DNA of 35,787 nt from an uncultured Verrucomicrobiota bacterium (GTDB lineage Bacteria > Verrucomicrobiota > Verrucomicrobiia > Opitutales > UBA9783), in assembly GCA_946646575.1 (NCBI GenBank), contig CAMPCR010000004.1, positions 1-35,787 of the forward strand. The letters run 5' to 3'. The position numbers were made by a program, and so were the translations under genes. The notes under the pieces are model-generated. The model did not search any database. It had not been told where the DNA came from and saw only the letters and a list, made by a program, of their open reading frames with translations. Shown here piece after piece: positions 8,881 through 19,881 of this stretch (its first letter is position 1; each line of letters starts with the position of its first letter).

Positions 8881-8970
8881 CTTTACGGCGAATCGGTATT
8901 TGGTATAATGGATTGCGGTTATTGTAATGGTGTATTTGCAGTGTGCGCTTCGTCGTAAGTTTTGGTTTTT

Positions 8971-9864
8971 ATGACCCTTTGGCGTTGGGTAATCGCGTTA
9001 GCGGCTTATGTCGGGATTTTGGCGATTGCGGCGGGATTGGTGCCCGTTGTTTATCTTTTGGTTGGTGCTTGCGATAATTTTTTCTCGGTCGATTGGCTCC
9101 GTTATTTGGCAAACAAACCGCTCGAATGTTACGTTGACCGCCTGCGGGTAATTGTCGGGTGCATCGTCGTTATCGTCGCCGTACGCAGATCTCCGAAGAA
9201 GTACCGTTGGAATTTGCGCCGCGGGGTTTGGAGTTACATCGGGACGTTTCTTTTCGGAATTTTCGTCTGGATGACGTTGTTTTTTGTCATAAAAAGCTTC
9301 GTTTCGGACATTAAAATTAACGCGACGTCGAATGCGGGCGTTTTGTTGCAGGCATTTATCGCGGGATTGTTGCTCGCGACGGCGGAGGAAATAATTTTCC
9401 GCGGCTTTTTATGGGATTTTGTGCGCAACGGTCGGCAAACATTCGAGGGCATTTTCCCGTTGGCATTTATTTTTGCGCTTTTGCATTTTTCGCACTGCGA
9501 TGCCGGCACCGATCCGAATGTTCTTATCCAAAGTTTCCAGTGCGCATGGCATTCGATTACGGATATTCCGCAACGCTTTGTCTTGGAATTTTTCCTGTGC
9601 GTTTTTCTGTTGAGTCTCCTCCTTTGCGGGTTGCGTATGCAAACACAAACGCTTTGGGGTTCAATCGGTTTCCATCAGGGATTGATTACGACGTTGTTTG
9701 TGCTTCGCAAATGCGTCCGTTATCCCGAAATTCCGACTTCGCGTTTTTGGGGAACCGGAAGACTTACCGACTCTTGGTTCGTTGTGATTGCACTTTGTTG
9801 TCTGTGCGTTTGGATGTTTTGGCGAACGAAAAAGCAGGCATTCTCACTGACGAAAACACCATAA
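8971..9864 (+). CDS. CPBP/Abi (CAAX protease-like) intramembrane metalloprotease
   Basis: AEEIIFRG, FALLH and GFH motifs in a polytopic membrane protein. Confidence 0.85.
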   Translation: MTLWRWVIALAAYVGILAIAAGLVPVVYLLVGACDNFFSVDWLRYLANKPLECYVDRLRVIVGCIVVIVAVRRSPKKYRWNLRRGVWSYIGTFLFGIFVWMTLFFVIKSFVSDIKINATSNAGVLLQAFIAGLLLATAEEIIFRGFLWDFVRNGRQTFEGIFPLAFIFALLHFSHCDAGTDPNVLIQSFQCAWHSITDIPQRFVLEFFLCVFLLSLLLCGLRMQTQTLWGSIGFHQGLITTLFVLRKCVRYPEIPTSRFWGTGRLTDSWFVVIALCCLCVWMFWRTKKQAFSLTKTP

Positions 9865-10265
9865 CCTGCTCCGCAGGAAGAAAACGAAAAGAAAAAATTG
9901 TACTTTCTATTTATGAGGAGATGCTCCGACAGGTTGTTCATTCCGCCTGCCGAGGGTGTCGACAAAGCCGTCGGCTTGGTGTGGCATCGGAAAAAATTGA
10001 CGGGCATATCGTTTCGTGTTCCGACATCAATCGTTTCGACGGTCGGCTTAACGGTTTATACGGCAAAACCAATTCTGTACAAAGTAATCGATCAAAAGAC
10101 GAAAGACACCTCCGAAGGTTCGTTGAAGCGAGATTTTGGATAAAATCAGCTCAGCCTTCGCTTATGAAACCAACGGCGCACGTACGGCAGCATGCAAAAC
10201 CGATTTCGTTTTTTCACCGCACCCGTCAAACTTGTCTTTCGGAGCCGACCTCAAACGAAAAAAGG

Positions 10266-10293
10266 TTGCAGGCATCGAAGCACATCGTATAAT
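10266..10293 (+). promoter_or_regulatory. sigma70-type promoter of the atp operon
   Basis: TTGCAG (10266-10271), 16-nt spacer, perfect TATAAT (10288-10293), located 6 nt before GTG 10300. Confidence 0.6.
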
Positions 10294-10299
10294 GACAAT

Positions 10300-11166
10300 G
10301 TGGCGAAAGGTTTTCTGTCGGTATTGGTGTTCTGTTTATGCGTCACAAACGCGCACGCCGGCGTTGCCGTCAGTCCCAAGCCCTATGTTTTGGGTTCCGT
10401 CGCGGGTTTTCCGATCACCAACGGCATGATCTATACATGGGTGATTTCGTTGGCGATTATTCTCATTGTGCGGGCGTTGATTCGAAAGCCGCGGTTGATT
10501 CCGACCAAAGGACAGACGGTGGCGGAAACCGTCATCGAGGGCATTTATAACCTACTGACGCCCATCGTCGGTAAGCGCGTCGCGAAGCAGGCATTTCCGA
10601 TTTTAATCGGCTTTTTCGTGTATATTTTAATGCAGAACTGGAGCGGTCTGTTGCCGGGTGTCGGCACGATCGGCACGTTTAAAGAAGGGCATTTTACCTA
10701 CTTCTTCCGTCCGTCCAATGCCGATTTGAACGCCACGCTGGCGTTGGCGATTGTTTCCATGGCGGTTTGGGCGTGGCTGGTGCTTAAAAACGAGGGCTTC
10801 GTCGGCGCGGTAAAGCATATTTTCGGAAACAAAGCCGATCGCAGTGAACTCTCGTTCGGCATTTACGCGTTGCTGTTTTTCGTTTTTCTGAGCGTCGGAT
10901 TTATCGAGTGTATTTCGATTTTGTTCCGTTTGGTCTCGCTGTCCTTCCGTCTGTACGGCAATGTCTTCGGTGGCGAAAATCTCATCAATAACATCATGGC
11001 ATTGGCACCGTGGACGAAATATCTGTTGCCGGTACCGTTTTACTTTCTCGAAATCCTCATCGGCGTCGTGCAGGCATTGGTGTTCACGCTGTTGGTCGCC
11101 GTCTACATCGGCAGTATCTGCAATCACGGCGAAGAGGAAGCGACGGAAGGCACTTTGAAGGTTTAA
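10300..11166 (+). CDS. atpB: F0F1 ATP synthase subunit a
   Basis: NWSGLLPG, ADLNATLALA, SLSFRLYGN (essential Arg) and VQALVFTLL motifs. The probable start is GTG 10300, with a signal-like leader. Confidence 0.95.
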   Translation: MAKGFLSVLVFCLCVTNAHAGVAVSPKPYVLGSVAGFPITNGMIYTWVISLAIILIVRALIRKPRLIPTKGQTVAETVIEGIYNLLTPIVGKRVAKQAFPILIGFFVYILMQNWSGLLPGVGTIGTFKEGHFTYFFRPSNADLNATLALAIVSMAVWAWLVLKNEGFVGAVKHIFGNKADRSELSFGIYALLFFVFLSVGFIECISILFRLVSLSFRLYGNVFGGENLINNIMALAPWTKYLLPVPFYFLEILIGVVQALVFTLLVAVYIGSICNHGEEEATEGTLKV

Positions 11167-11170
11167 AATT

Positions 11171-11395
11171 ATGATCATGGAAATCACGGGTATGACGGGA
11201 GACATCGGACGCGGTTTAACCGCCGCCCTCGGTTGTCTGAGCGCGGCGGTCGGTGTGGCGATCATCGGCATGAAGGCGGTGGAAATGGTGGGTCGCAATC
11301 CCGGCGCGTCGGGTAAGGTGCTGGTGCAATCCATTCTCGGCATGGCGTTGGCGGAAGCGATCGCCTTTTATTCGCTCTTCCTTTACCAGGGCTAA
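11171..11395 (+). CDS. atpE: F0F1 ATP synthase subunit c
   Basis: Two TM helices, the GRNPG loop and the ALAEAIAFY carboxylate. Confidence 0.95.
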   Translation: MIMEITGMTGDIGRGLTAALGCLSAAVGVAIIGMKAVEMVGRNPGASGKVLVQSILGMALAEAIAFYSLFLYQG

Positions 11396-11415
11396 ACGCA
11401 TCGTCCGATACCGTT

Positions 11416-11991
11416 ATGATCGGATGTTTGCTTGAGATTTCCGGCAACAGCGGCGGCAATGCCGTAACACGTCTGGCGGAGACGTTCGGCGTACAGACGG
11501 AGCTGTTGATTGCGCAGATCGTCAATTTTTGCCTGGTGACGTACCTGCTGTACCGTTTCGCCGTCAAACCGACGCTGAAAACGGTCGAAGCGCGCCAAAA
11601 GAAAATCGAGGAAGGTCTGCGTTTCGCCGAAGAGATGAAAGCCAAGCAGGCTTCGGCGGAACGGGAACGTCTGGAAGTTCTCAAGAAGGCGCAGGCGGAT
11701 GCCCAGGCGTTATTGGCAAACACCAAAGCGGAAGGCGAGCGTTATTTGGCGGAACAAAAGAAGGCGGCAGAAGAGAAGGTTTTGCAACTGACGGAGCAGG
11801 CGCGTCACGCAATGGAGGGCGAGCGTTCGGCGATGTTAAAGGAAGCCAAAGGTGAAATCGTGACGCTGACGGTTGAAACGACGGAACGCCTTTTAAGCGG
11901 CATTCTGACGGATGAGATGCGCGCCAAACTCAACGAGCAGGCGGCGGCATTATTGGCTCAATCAAAAGACGAACATGGAACGCAAGCATAA
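11416..11991 (+). CDS. atpF: F0F1 ATP synthase subunit b
   Basis: AQIVNF TM segment followed by a long charged coiled coil; expected operon position. Confidence 0.93.
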   Translation: MIGCLLEISGNSGGNAVTRLAETFGVQTELLIAQIVNFCLVTYLLYRFAVKPTLKTVEARQKKIEEGLRFAEEMKAKQASAERERLEVLKKAQADAQALLANTKAEGERYLAEQKKAAEEKVLQLTEQARHAMEGERSAMLKEAKGEIVTLTVETTERLLSGILTDEMRAKLNEQAAALLAQSKDEHGTQA

Positions 11992-12361
11992 GGTTTTACT
12001 GAAGTATCTGGCGCGGTTGACGTTCGAAGGTGCCGAGGAGGATTTAAAGGAGCGCATTCGTGCGATTGCGGAGTTCCTGATACAGCGGTATCCGCGCGAT
12101 GCAAAAGCGTTTCTGACGCAATATGAACGCTCCCTGAAGGAAGTTTTTTCCGAACGCTATGCGACCGTAATGTATGCGGGTATCTTTCGGGATCAATGGT
12201 TGCAGGATTTTTTGGAAACCAAGCGTCTTTCGGAACGCCGCTCGGAAAAAAAGGAATGTCCCGAGTTATTGGGAGGGTTTAAAATTCGCGTCGGCGATAC
12301 CGTTTGGGACTGTTCGCTGAAAGGGCAGCTGAACGCGCTTAAAGAAACATTCACGCCATGA
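11975..12361 (+). CDS. atpH: F0F1 ATP synthase subunit delta (short form)
   Basis: C-terminal [24 protein letters not shown] motif; start ATG 11975. Confidence 0.85.
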   Translation: MERKHKVLLKYLARLTFEGAEEDLKERIRAIAEFLIQRYPRDAKAFLTQYERSLKEVFSERYATVMYAGIFRDQWLQDFLETKRLSERRSEKKECPELLGGFKIRVGDTVWDCSLKGQLNALKETFTP

Positions 12362-13902
12362 GTACCGTTTTATCGGATATTAAAGATGCCATTCGCACGT
12401 TCGAGAAAAAGCCTTTAACGGCGAACGTCGGGAAGATTATTTCGCTCGCCGATTCCGTTGCGAAGGTCGAGGGACTCTCGGACGTTATGTATAACGAAAC
12501 GGTCTCCTTCCCGCACGGGGTCTTCGGAATTGCGCTCAACCTGGAAGAGGACGAAGTCGGCGTCGTGCTGTTGGGTGACACGTCGCAACTGAAAGTCGGC
12601 GACGAGTGTAAAACGACCGGAAAGTTGCTTTCGGTTCCCGTCGGGAAAGGCTTGTTGGGACGTGTGGTCGATGCGCTCGGACAACCGATCGACGGCAAAG
12701 GCGCTATTGTGGCGGACGACCGTTACCCGGTGGAAAAGATTGCCCCCGGGATTATTACACGACAATCGGTCGATCAGCCGCTCCAAACGGGCATTTTGTC
12801 GGTAGATGCCATGTTCCCGATCGGACGCGGTCAGCGCGAGCTGATCATCGGCGATCGTTCCACGGGCAAAACAACCCTCGCGCTGGATGCGATTTTACAC
12901 CAAGCCGAGCTCAATCGACAAGGGTTGGCGGAAAATGATCCGAATTTCCGACCCGTTTATTCGATTTACGTCTGCATCGGGCAAAAAAATGCCACCCTCG
13001 CGCGCACCTTGAAAGTTCTTGAGGATCACGGTGCGTTGGAATACACGATCGTCGTTTCGGCACCCGCTTCCGACAATGCCGCCAATCAGTACATTGCACC
13101 CTACGCCGGAACCGCCATGGGCGAGTATTTTATGCAAAACGGCATGGATGCGCTCATCGTGTACGACGACTTGTCCAAGCATGCAGTGGCGTACCGGCAA
13201 ATTTCGCTGGTGTTAAAGCGTCCTTCGGGGCGCGAAGCCTATCCCGGCGATGTTTTTTATCTCCATTCGCGTTTGCTGGAACGTTCCGCGCGCCTCAATA
13301 AAGACTACGGCGGCGGCTCGTTGACGGCGTTGCCGATCATCGAAACGCAAGCCGGCGATGTTTCGGCATACATTCCGACAAACGTCATTTCCATCACCGA
13401 CGGTCAGCTGTTCCTTGAAACCGATTTGTTCAATCAGGGACTGCGGCCGGCAATCTCGGTCGGTATCTCCGTTTCGCGCGTCGGTTCGGCGGCGCAAATG
13501 AAAGCGCTCAAATCGGTTGCCGGTCAGCTGAAACTGGAAATGGCGCAGTATCAGGAATTGCAGGCATTTATGCAGTTCGGTTCCGATTTGGATGCCAGAA
13601 CCCGTCAACAGCTTGAGCGCGGACAGCATATTCTGGAACTTTTAAAGCAGGGCGTGCATGCGTCGCGTCCCGCCGAGTTACAGGTTGTGCTTCTGTGGGG
13701 GGCGCAACAGGGGCGTTTTGATAAAATTCCGCTTGCGGATATGCCGGCAATGCTTCAACGGCTTTCGGAACATTTCTTAACTTTAAAGAAAGATCTGCTT
13801 GCGCGCCTGCGGAAAGAAAAGGTGCTTTCGGAGGTACTTGTTAACGAACTAAAAGAGGTCTTCGACACGTGGGAGAAAGCGAACCTTCCTCAAAGCGCAT
13901 GA
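12358..13902 (+). CDS. atpA: F0F1 ATP synthase subunit alpha
   Basis: [27 protein letters not shown] and [11 protein letters not shown] motifs. Confidence 0.99.
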   Translation: MSTVLSDIKDAIRTFEKKPLTANVGKIISLADSVAKVEGLSDVMYNETVSFPHGVFGIALNLEEDEVGVVLLGDTSQLKVGDECKTTGKLLSVPVGKGLLGRVVDALGQPIDGKGAIVADDRYPVEKIAPGIITRQSVDQPLQTGILSVDAMFPIGRGQRELIIGDRSTGKTTLALDAILHQAELNRQGLAENDPNFRPVYSIYVCIGQKNATLARTLKVLEDHGALEYTIVVSAPASDNAANQYIAPYAGTAMGEYFMQNGMDALIVYDDLSKHAVAYRQISLVLKRPSGREAYPGDVFYLHSRLLERSARLNKDYGGGSLTALPIIETQAGDVSAYIPTNVISITDGQLFLETDLFNQGLRPAISVGISVSRVGSAAQMKALKSVAGQLKLEMAQYQELQAFMQFGSDLDARTRQQLERGQHILELLKQGVHASRPAELQVVLLWGAQQGRFDKIPLADMPAMLQRLSEHFLTLKKDLLARLRKEKVLSEVLVNELKEVFDTWEKANLPQSA

Positions 13903-13976
13903 AGGGAAGACAATCGAAGGTTTCTGTAAGCTTTTTCGCCTTTACGCAAAAGGCGACGGCAATGCGGGAGTGATAT

Positions 13977-16288
<2,312 letters not shown>

Positions 16289-16405
16289 GGGGAACGCGAC
16301 TGAAAGCATAAGGCGGAGCACTTCGATGCGCTTGAAGAAAAGCAAAAAAGACGAAACCGTCGCGGGTGACAGAGCCCTGAGCGTAACCGATAACCGATCG
16401 ATATT

Positions 16406-16825
16406 ATGGCATTTCAACTGAAAATCATCATTCCCGAGCGCGTGGTGTACGAAGGCTCGGTAACTTCCGTTGTATTGCCGACGGCGACGGGTGAAATCGA
16501 AATTTTGGATCATCACCTGCCGATCATCGGAATTTTGGAAGCGGGAACGGTTTTTTATACCGAAAACAACGTTGCCGTCCCCATCGCCGTCGATACGGGT
16601 TTTTTCAAACTTGCCGACAACACATTGCTTCTTTTGACCGAAGCGGCGATTGATGTCCAAAGCGTGGATGAGGCGTCCATTGATGCGGCGGTGCAACGCG
16701 CGCAGGAAGCCTTGGAGAAGGCAAAACACGAAAAGCAGGTTGATGAGGAAGAATTGGAGCGCCTGGATAAGCTGTTGCGTTTCAGCATCGCCCAAAAGCT
16801 TACCAAGCAGGCAAAACGGTCATGA
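16406..16825 (+). CDS. atpC: F0F1 ATP synthase subunit epsilon
   Basis: IIIPER...LPTATGEIEILDHHLP beta domain plus C-terminal helices. Confidence 0.93.
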   Translation: MAFQLKIIIPERVVYEGSVTSVVLPTATGEIEILDHHLPIIGILEAGTVFYTENNVAVPIAVDTGFFKLADNTLLLLTEAAIDVQSVDEASIDAAVQRAQEALEKAKHEKQVDEEELERLDKLLRFSIAQKLTKQAKRS

Positions 16826-17217
16826 CGCCGTTCGAAACAACCGTCCGCGTGCGTTACGCCGAAACCGACGCCATGGGCGTGGTGCATCACGCTTCCTACT
16901 TTGTTTGGCTGGAATACGCACGCGTCGAATGGCTGAAATCCTGCGGTTTGGATTATAAAAAACTGGAGCAAAGCGGCTTCTTTTTGCCCGTCGTCGAAGC
17001 CAATTTGAAGTATCACGCTTCGTCTTTTTTCGACGACGAAGTTCGCATTAAACTCACGCCTCCGCAGGATATTCAGCGTGTTCGTTTTACGCTGACTTAT
17101 GAACTGTTTCGTGACAACACGCGCATCGCCGACGGCAAAACGGTGCATGTTTTTTTAAATAAAGATCGCAAATTGATCAAACCGCCGCCGTTTTTTATCG
17201 AAGCGTTACGGAAGTAG
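16822..17217 (+). CDS. acyl-CoA thioesterase (YbgC/4HBT family)
   Basis: VRYAETDAMGVVHHASYFVWLEYAR motif; ATGA overlap with atpC. Confidence 0.9.
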   Translation: MTPFETTVRVRYAETDAMGVVHHASYFVWLEYARVEWLKSCGLDYKKLEQSGFFLPVVEANLKYHASSFFDDEVRIKLTPPQDIQRVRFTLTYELFRDNTRIADGKTVHVFLNKDRKLIKPPPFFIEALRK

Positions 17218-17281
17218 TTGAACGCAACACCATTTCCCGCGTCTGCGTACCGTTGATTATCGCTCTTTTATTTTCCTGTCC

Positions 17282-17310
17282 TTGTGTCTTACAGGCATTT
17301 TTGCTAAAAT
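17282..17310 (+). promoter_or_regulatory. candidate promoter of the nucleotide translocase
   Basis: TTGTGT, 17-nt spacer, TAAAAT preceded by TG (extended -10). Confidence 0.45.
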
Positions 17311-17424
17311 GAAGATGTTTTTATTTCTTACAGACGAAGCCGATGGCGGAAAATGTTAAAAATTTCGCTTGCCATTTCGAACGAGTGAACCCAGGCTGAG
17401 AATGTTTTTTGTTGAAGTGATACC

Positions 17425-18948
17425 ATGAGCAGTACGACAAATACGAATGAACCGCAGTTCTCAAAGTTGAGGCGAATGTTGTTCCCCATCCAGGGGTATG
17501 AAATGAAGAAGGCAATTCCGATGGGATTTATCTTTTTCTTCATCCTGTTCAACTATACCTGCCTGCGCAATTTAAAGGATGCGCTCGTGGTAACCAACAG
17601 CGGTGCCGAAGCGCTCTCGTATTTGAAGCTGTTCTGCGTGACTCCGTCGGCGATTCTGTTTATGTTGGTGTACACCAAAGCCAGCGATCTTTTAAAGAAC
17701 GAGCATTTGTTTTACGCAACGCTGTCGCCGTTTCTGATCTTTTTCGGGCTGTTTGCGTTCGTCATTTACCCAAACCGCACGTTTTTCCATCCGTCTCCCG
17801 AGACGATTGCGGCGTGGCAGGCGGCGTGTCCGACACTCCATTGGCCGATTGCGCTCGTCGGCATCTGGAGCTACGGCGTGTTTTACGTACTTGCGGAATT
17901 GTGGGGCAGTACGCTGATTGCGCTCTCGTTCTGGCAGTTCGCCAATCAGGTGTGTAAAATGTCGGAAGCGAAGCGCATGTACGCCTTTTTCGGTCTGATG
18001 GCGCAGTTTTCATTGCTGTTCGTCGGCGTCGTCGGCAAGTGGGCGTCGGATATTCGCAGCAACGTCGCGCCGGGTGAGGATCCGTGGCAGAAAACCCTTA
18101 ATTATCTTTTAAGTACGGTGGTAATTTTCGGCGTCGTTACGATGTTGATTTACCGCTGGGTTTACACGCACGTTCTCACCGACAAGCGTCTCTACGACAA
18201 ACCTGAACTGCCCGGCGTGAAAAAGAAAAAGAAAAAAGCGGGACTTATGGAAAGTTTGAAGACGATTTGCACCTCTCCCTACCTCGGCTTGATTGCAATG
18301 CTGGTGATTTGCTACGGTATCAGCGTGAATTTAATCGAAGGTCTTTGGAAAAGCCAGCTGAAGGTTCAATATCCGAACGAAAACGATTACAACACCTTCA
18401 TGAGCATGAACACCTTCTACACGGGGATTGCCTCCATGGTCATGCTGATTATCGGCGGTAACGTCCTGCGGGTGTTCCGTTGGGTCTCGGCGGCATTGAT
18501 CACACCGCTGGTATTCACAATCGGCGGCATCCTGTTCTTCACTTTCATCGTTTTCAAAGATAACCTGACGGAAGCGTTGGCAAATCTCGGAACCAATCCG
18601 ACTTTCATGGCGGTCATACTCGGTGCGGTTATCGTGGTTATCGCGAAATCCACCAAATATGCGCTCTTCGACTTAACCAAAGAAATGGCGTACATCCCGC
18701 TGGATGAAGATATGAAAGTCAAAGGCAAGGCGGTTGTGGATGTGGTCGGCGGACGTCTCGGAAAATCCGGCGGCGCTTTTATTCAGGTGGTCTGCTTCTC
18801 CATCGGCACGGCGATTACAGGCATCAAACCGACCTATTTCGAAATCGTTCCGTACCTGTTCGGGATGTTTGTCATCATCTGCGTTCTGTGGATTCTGTCG
18901 GTTAAGTCGCTCGGGAAGAAGGTGGAGGCGGCACAAGAGAAGAAGTAG
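17425..18948 (+). CDS. npt1: Npt1/Tlc family ATP/ADP translocase (NTT)
   Basis: FNYTCLRNLKDALVV, LAELWGS, FWQFANQ, EAKRMY, KYALFDLTKEMAYIPLD and KGKAVVDVVGGRLGKSGG motifs. Confidence 0.95.
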   Translation: MSSTTNTNEPQFSKLRRMLFPIQGYEMKKAIPMGFIFFFILFNYTCLRNLKDALVVTNSGAEALSYLKLFCVTPSAILFMLVYTKASDLLKNEHLFYATLSPFLIFFGLFAFVIYPNRTFFHPSPETIAAWQAACPTLHWPIALVGIWSYGVFYVLAELWGSTLIALSFWQFANQVCKMSEAKRMYAFFGLMAQFSLLFVGVVGKWASDIRSNVAPGEDPWQKTLNYLLSTVVIFGVVTMLIYRWVYTHVLTDKRLYDKPELPGVKKKKKKAGLMESLKTICTSPYLGLIAMLVICYGISVNLIEGLWKSQLKVQYPNENDYNTFMSMNTFYTGIASMVMLIIGGNVLRVFRWVSAALITPLVFTIGGILFFTFIVFKDNLTEALANLGTNPTFMAVILGAVIVVIAKSTKYALFDLTKEMAYIPLDEDMKVKGKAVVDVVGGRLGKSGGAFIQVVCFSIGTAITGIKPTYFEIVPYLFGMFVIICVLWILSVKSLGKKVEAAQEKK

Positions 18949-19202
18949 GGAGATTTTCCCAAGTTTTTTCTGTGTCTATGTACTGTTATTGCTAGTTTGG
19001 GAGTGTTGGATCTAAATTGAAGTTCAGAAAGTGACCGTTTGAAGGTGTTTGTTTGAAGAAAGTAACGAAAATTTTCTTGTTCCCAGGTATGCGTGAGGTT
19101 ATCATAAAACAGTGATGCGACAGTACGTGGCGTTACATGAGCCCCGCTTGCTGCGGTAGTTATGATACTGTCGAAGTAAGTTTGCTAAACAGTTCGGGAT
19201 CG

Positions 19203-19874
19203 TCAGTCCCGTGTCCTCTTCACACACTCCAGTGCATATTCTCGCATTACACTCGGTGCATCGCAATGCCTTCGAAAAAATTCCAAAACACTTTCCGCAT
19301 CCCGCTTGCTGATTTCGCGAAGCATCCAGCCGCAGGCTTTATGTATCAATGGATGCGGGTGGTGAAGAAAGCGTTCGCACAGTTGAAAGGTTAATGCGCA
19401 TTGTCCCGATTTGATCAATGGTAATGTGGAAACGACGGCAATGCGGTTTTCCCAAAGATTTTCTTTATCGGCTAAATTTAAAATCACATTGTTGTTCCCT
19501 GTCACCAGACAAGACTTTCCGACGATGTGCGGTGCCGACAGATCGACCAAATCCCAATTGTTGACAAATTTTGTATTGCGTAAATAAATATCCAAAACCT
19601 CCTTCGGTTTTTTTGGAAATTTTTCGTTCAACAACACCAGTGCCGTATAGCGTGCTTCGTGCAACGACTGTTGCAACAGTTTTTCGCATGTTTTAAGTGA
19701 AACCGAACGATGTTCCTTCGCGATTTTCCGCAACATTGGAACAGGTACGCCATAAAGCACGTCGCCTTCACCGTAGCCACCCGGGACGATTTGCAGACTT
19801 CTTAGAGCAAACGTCGGAACCGTCGTCGGTTTGAGATATTTGATCTGTTCAAGGATAGTTTTGGCTTCGTTCAT
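19203..19874 (-). CDS. DNA alkylation repair protein (AlkD-like)
   Basis: GYGEGDVLYGVPVP, HEARYTAL, VNNWDLVDLSAP and LIHKACGWMLRE motifs. Confidence 0.9.
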   Translation of the reverse strand: MNEAKTILEQIKYLKPTTVPTFALRSLQIVPGGYGEGDVLYGVPVPMLRKIAKEHRSVSLKTCEKLLQQSLHEARYTALVLLNEKFPKKPKEVLDIYLRNTKFVNNWDLVDLSAPHIVGKSCLVTGNNNVILNLADKENLWENRIAVVSTLPLIKSGQCALTFQLCERFLHHPHPLIHKACGWMLREISKRDAESVLEFFRRHCDAPSVMREYALECVKRTRD

Positions 19875-19881
19875 CGAAAGA

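Noticed and set aside
9865-10265. tmRNA or RNase P RNA
   Set aside because: No tRNA-like ends, tag reading frame or GAGGAAAGTCC core on either strand.
16295-16364. Hammerhead ribozyme-like words (CTGA...CGAAAC); similar at 31863-31876
   Set aside because: The core is CTGAAAG or TAATGAG rather than CTGANGA, and stems II/III cannot form properly.
19128-19142. Sigma-54 promoter TGGCGTTACATGAGC
   Set aside because: It has the GG-N10-GC spacing but lacks TTGC, and no gene lies downstream on that strand.
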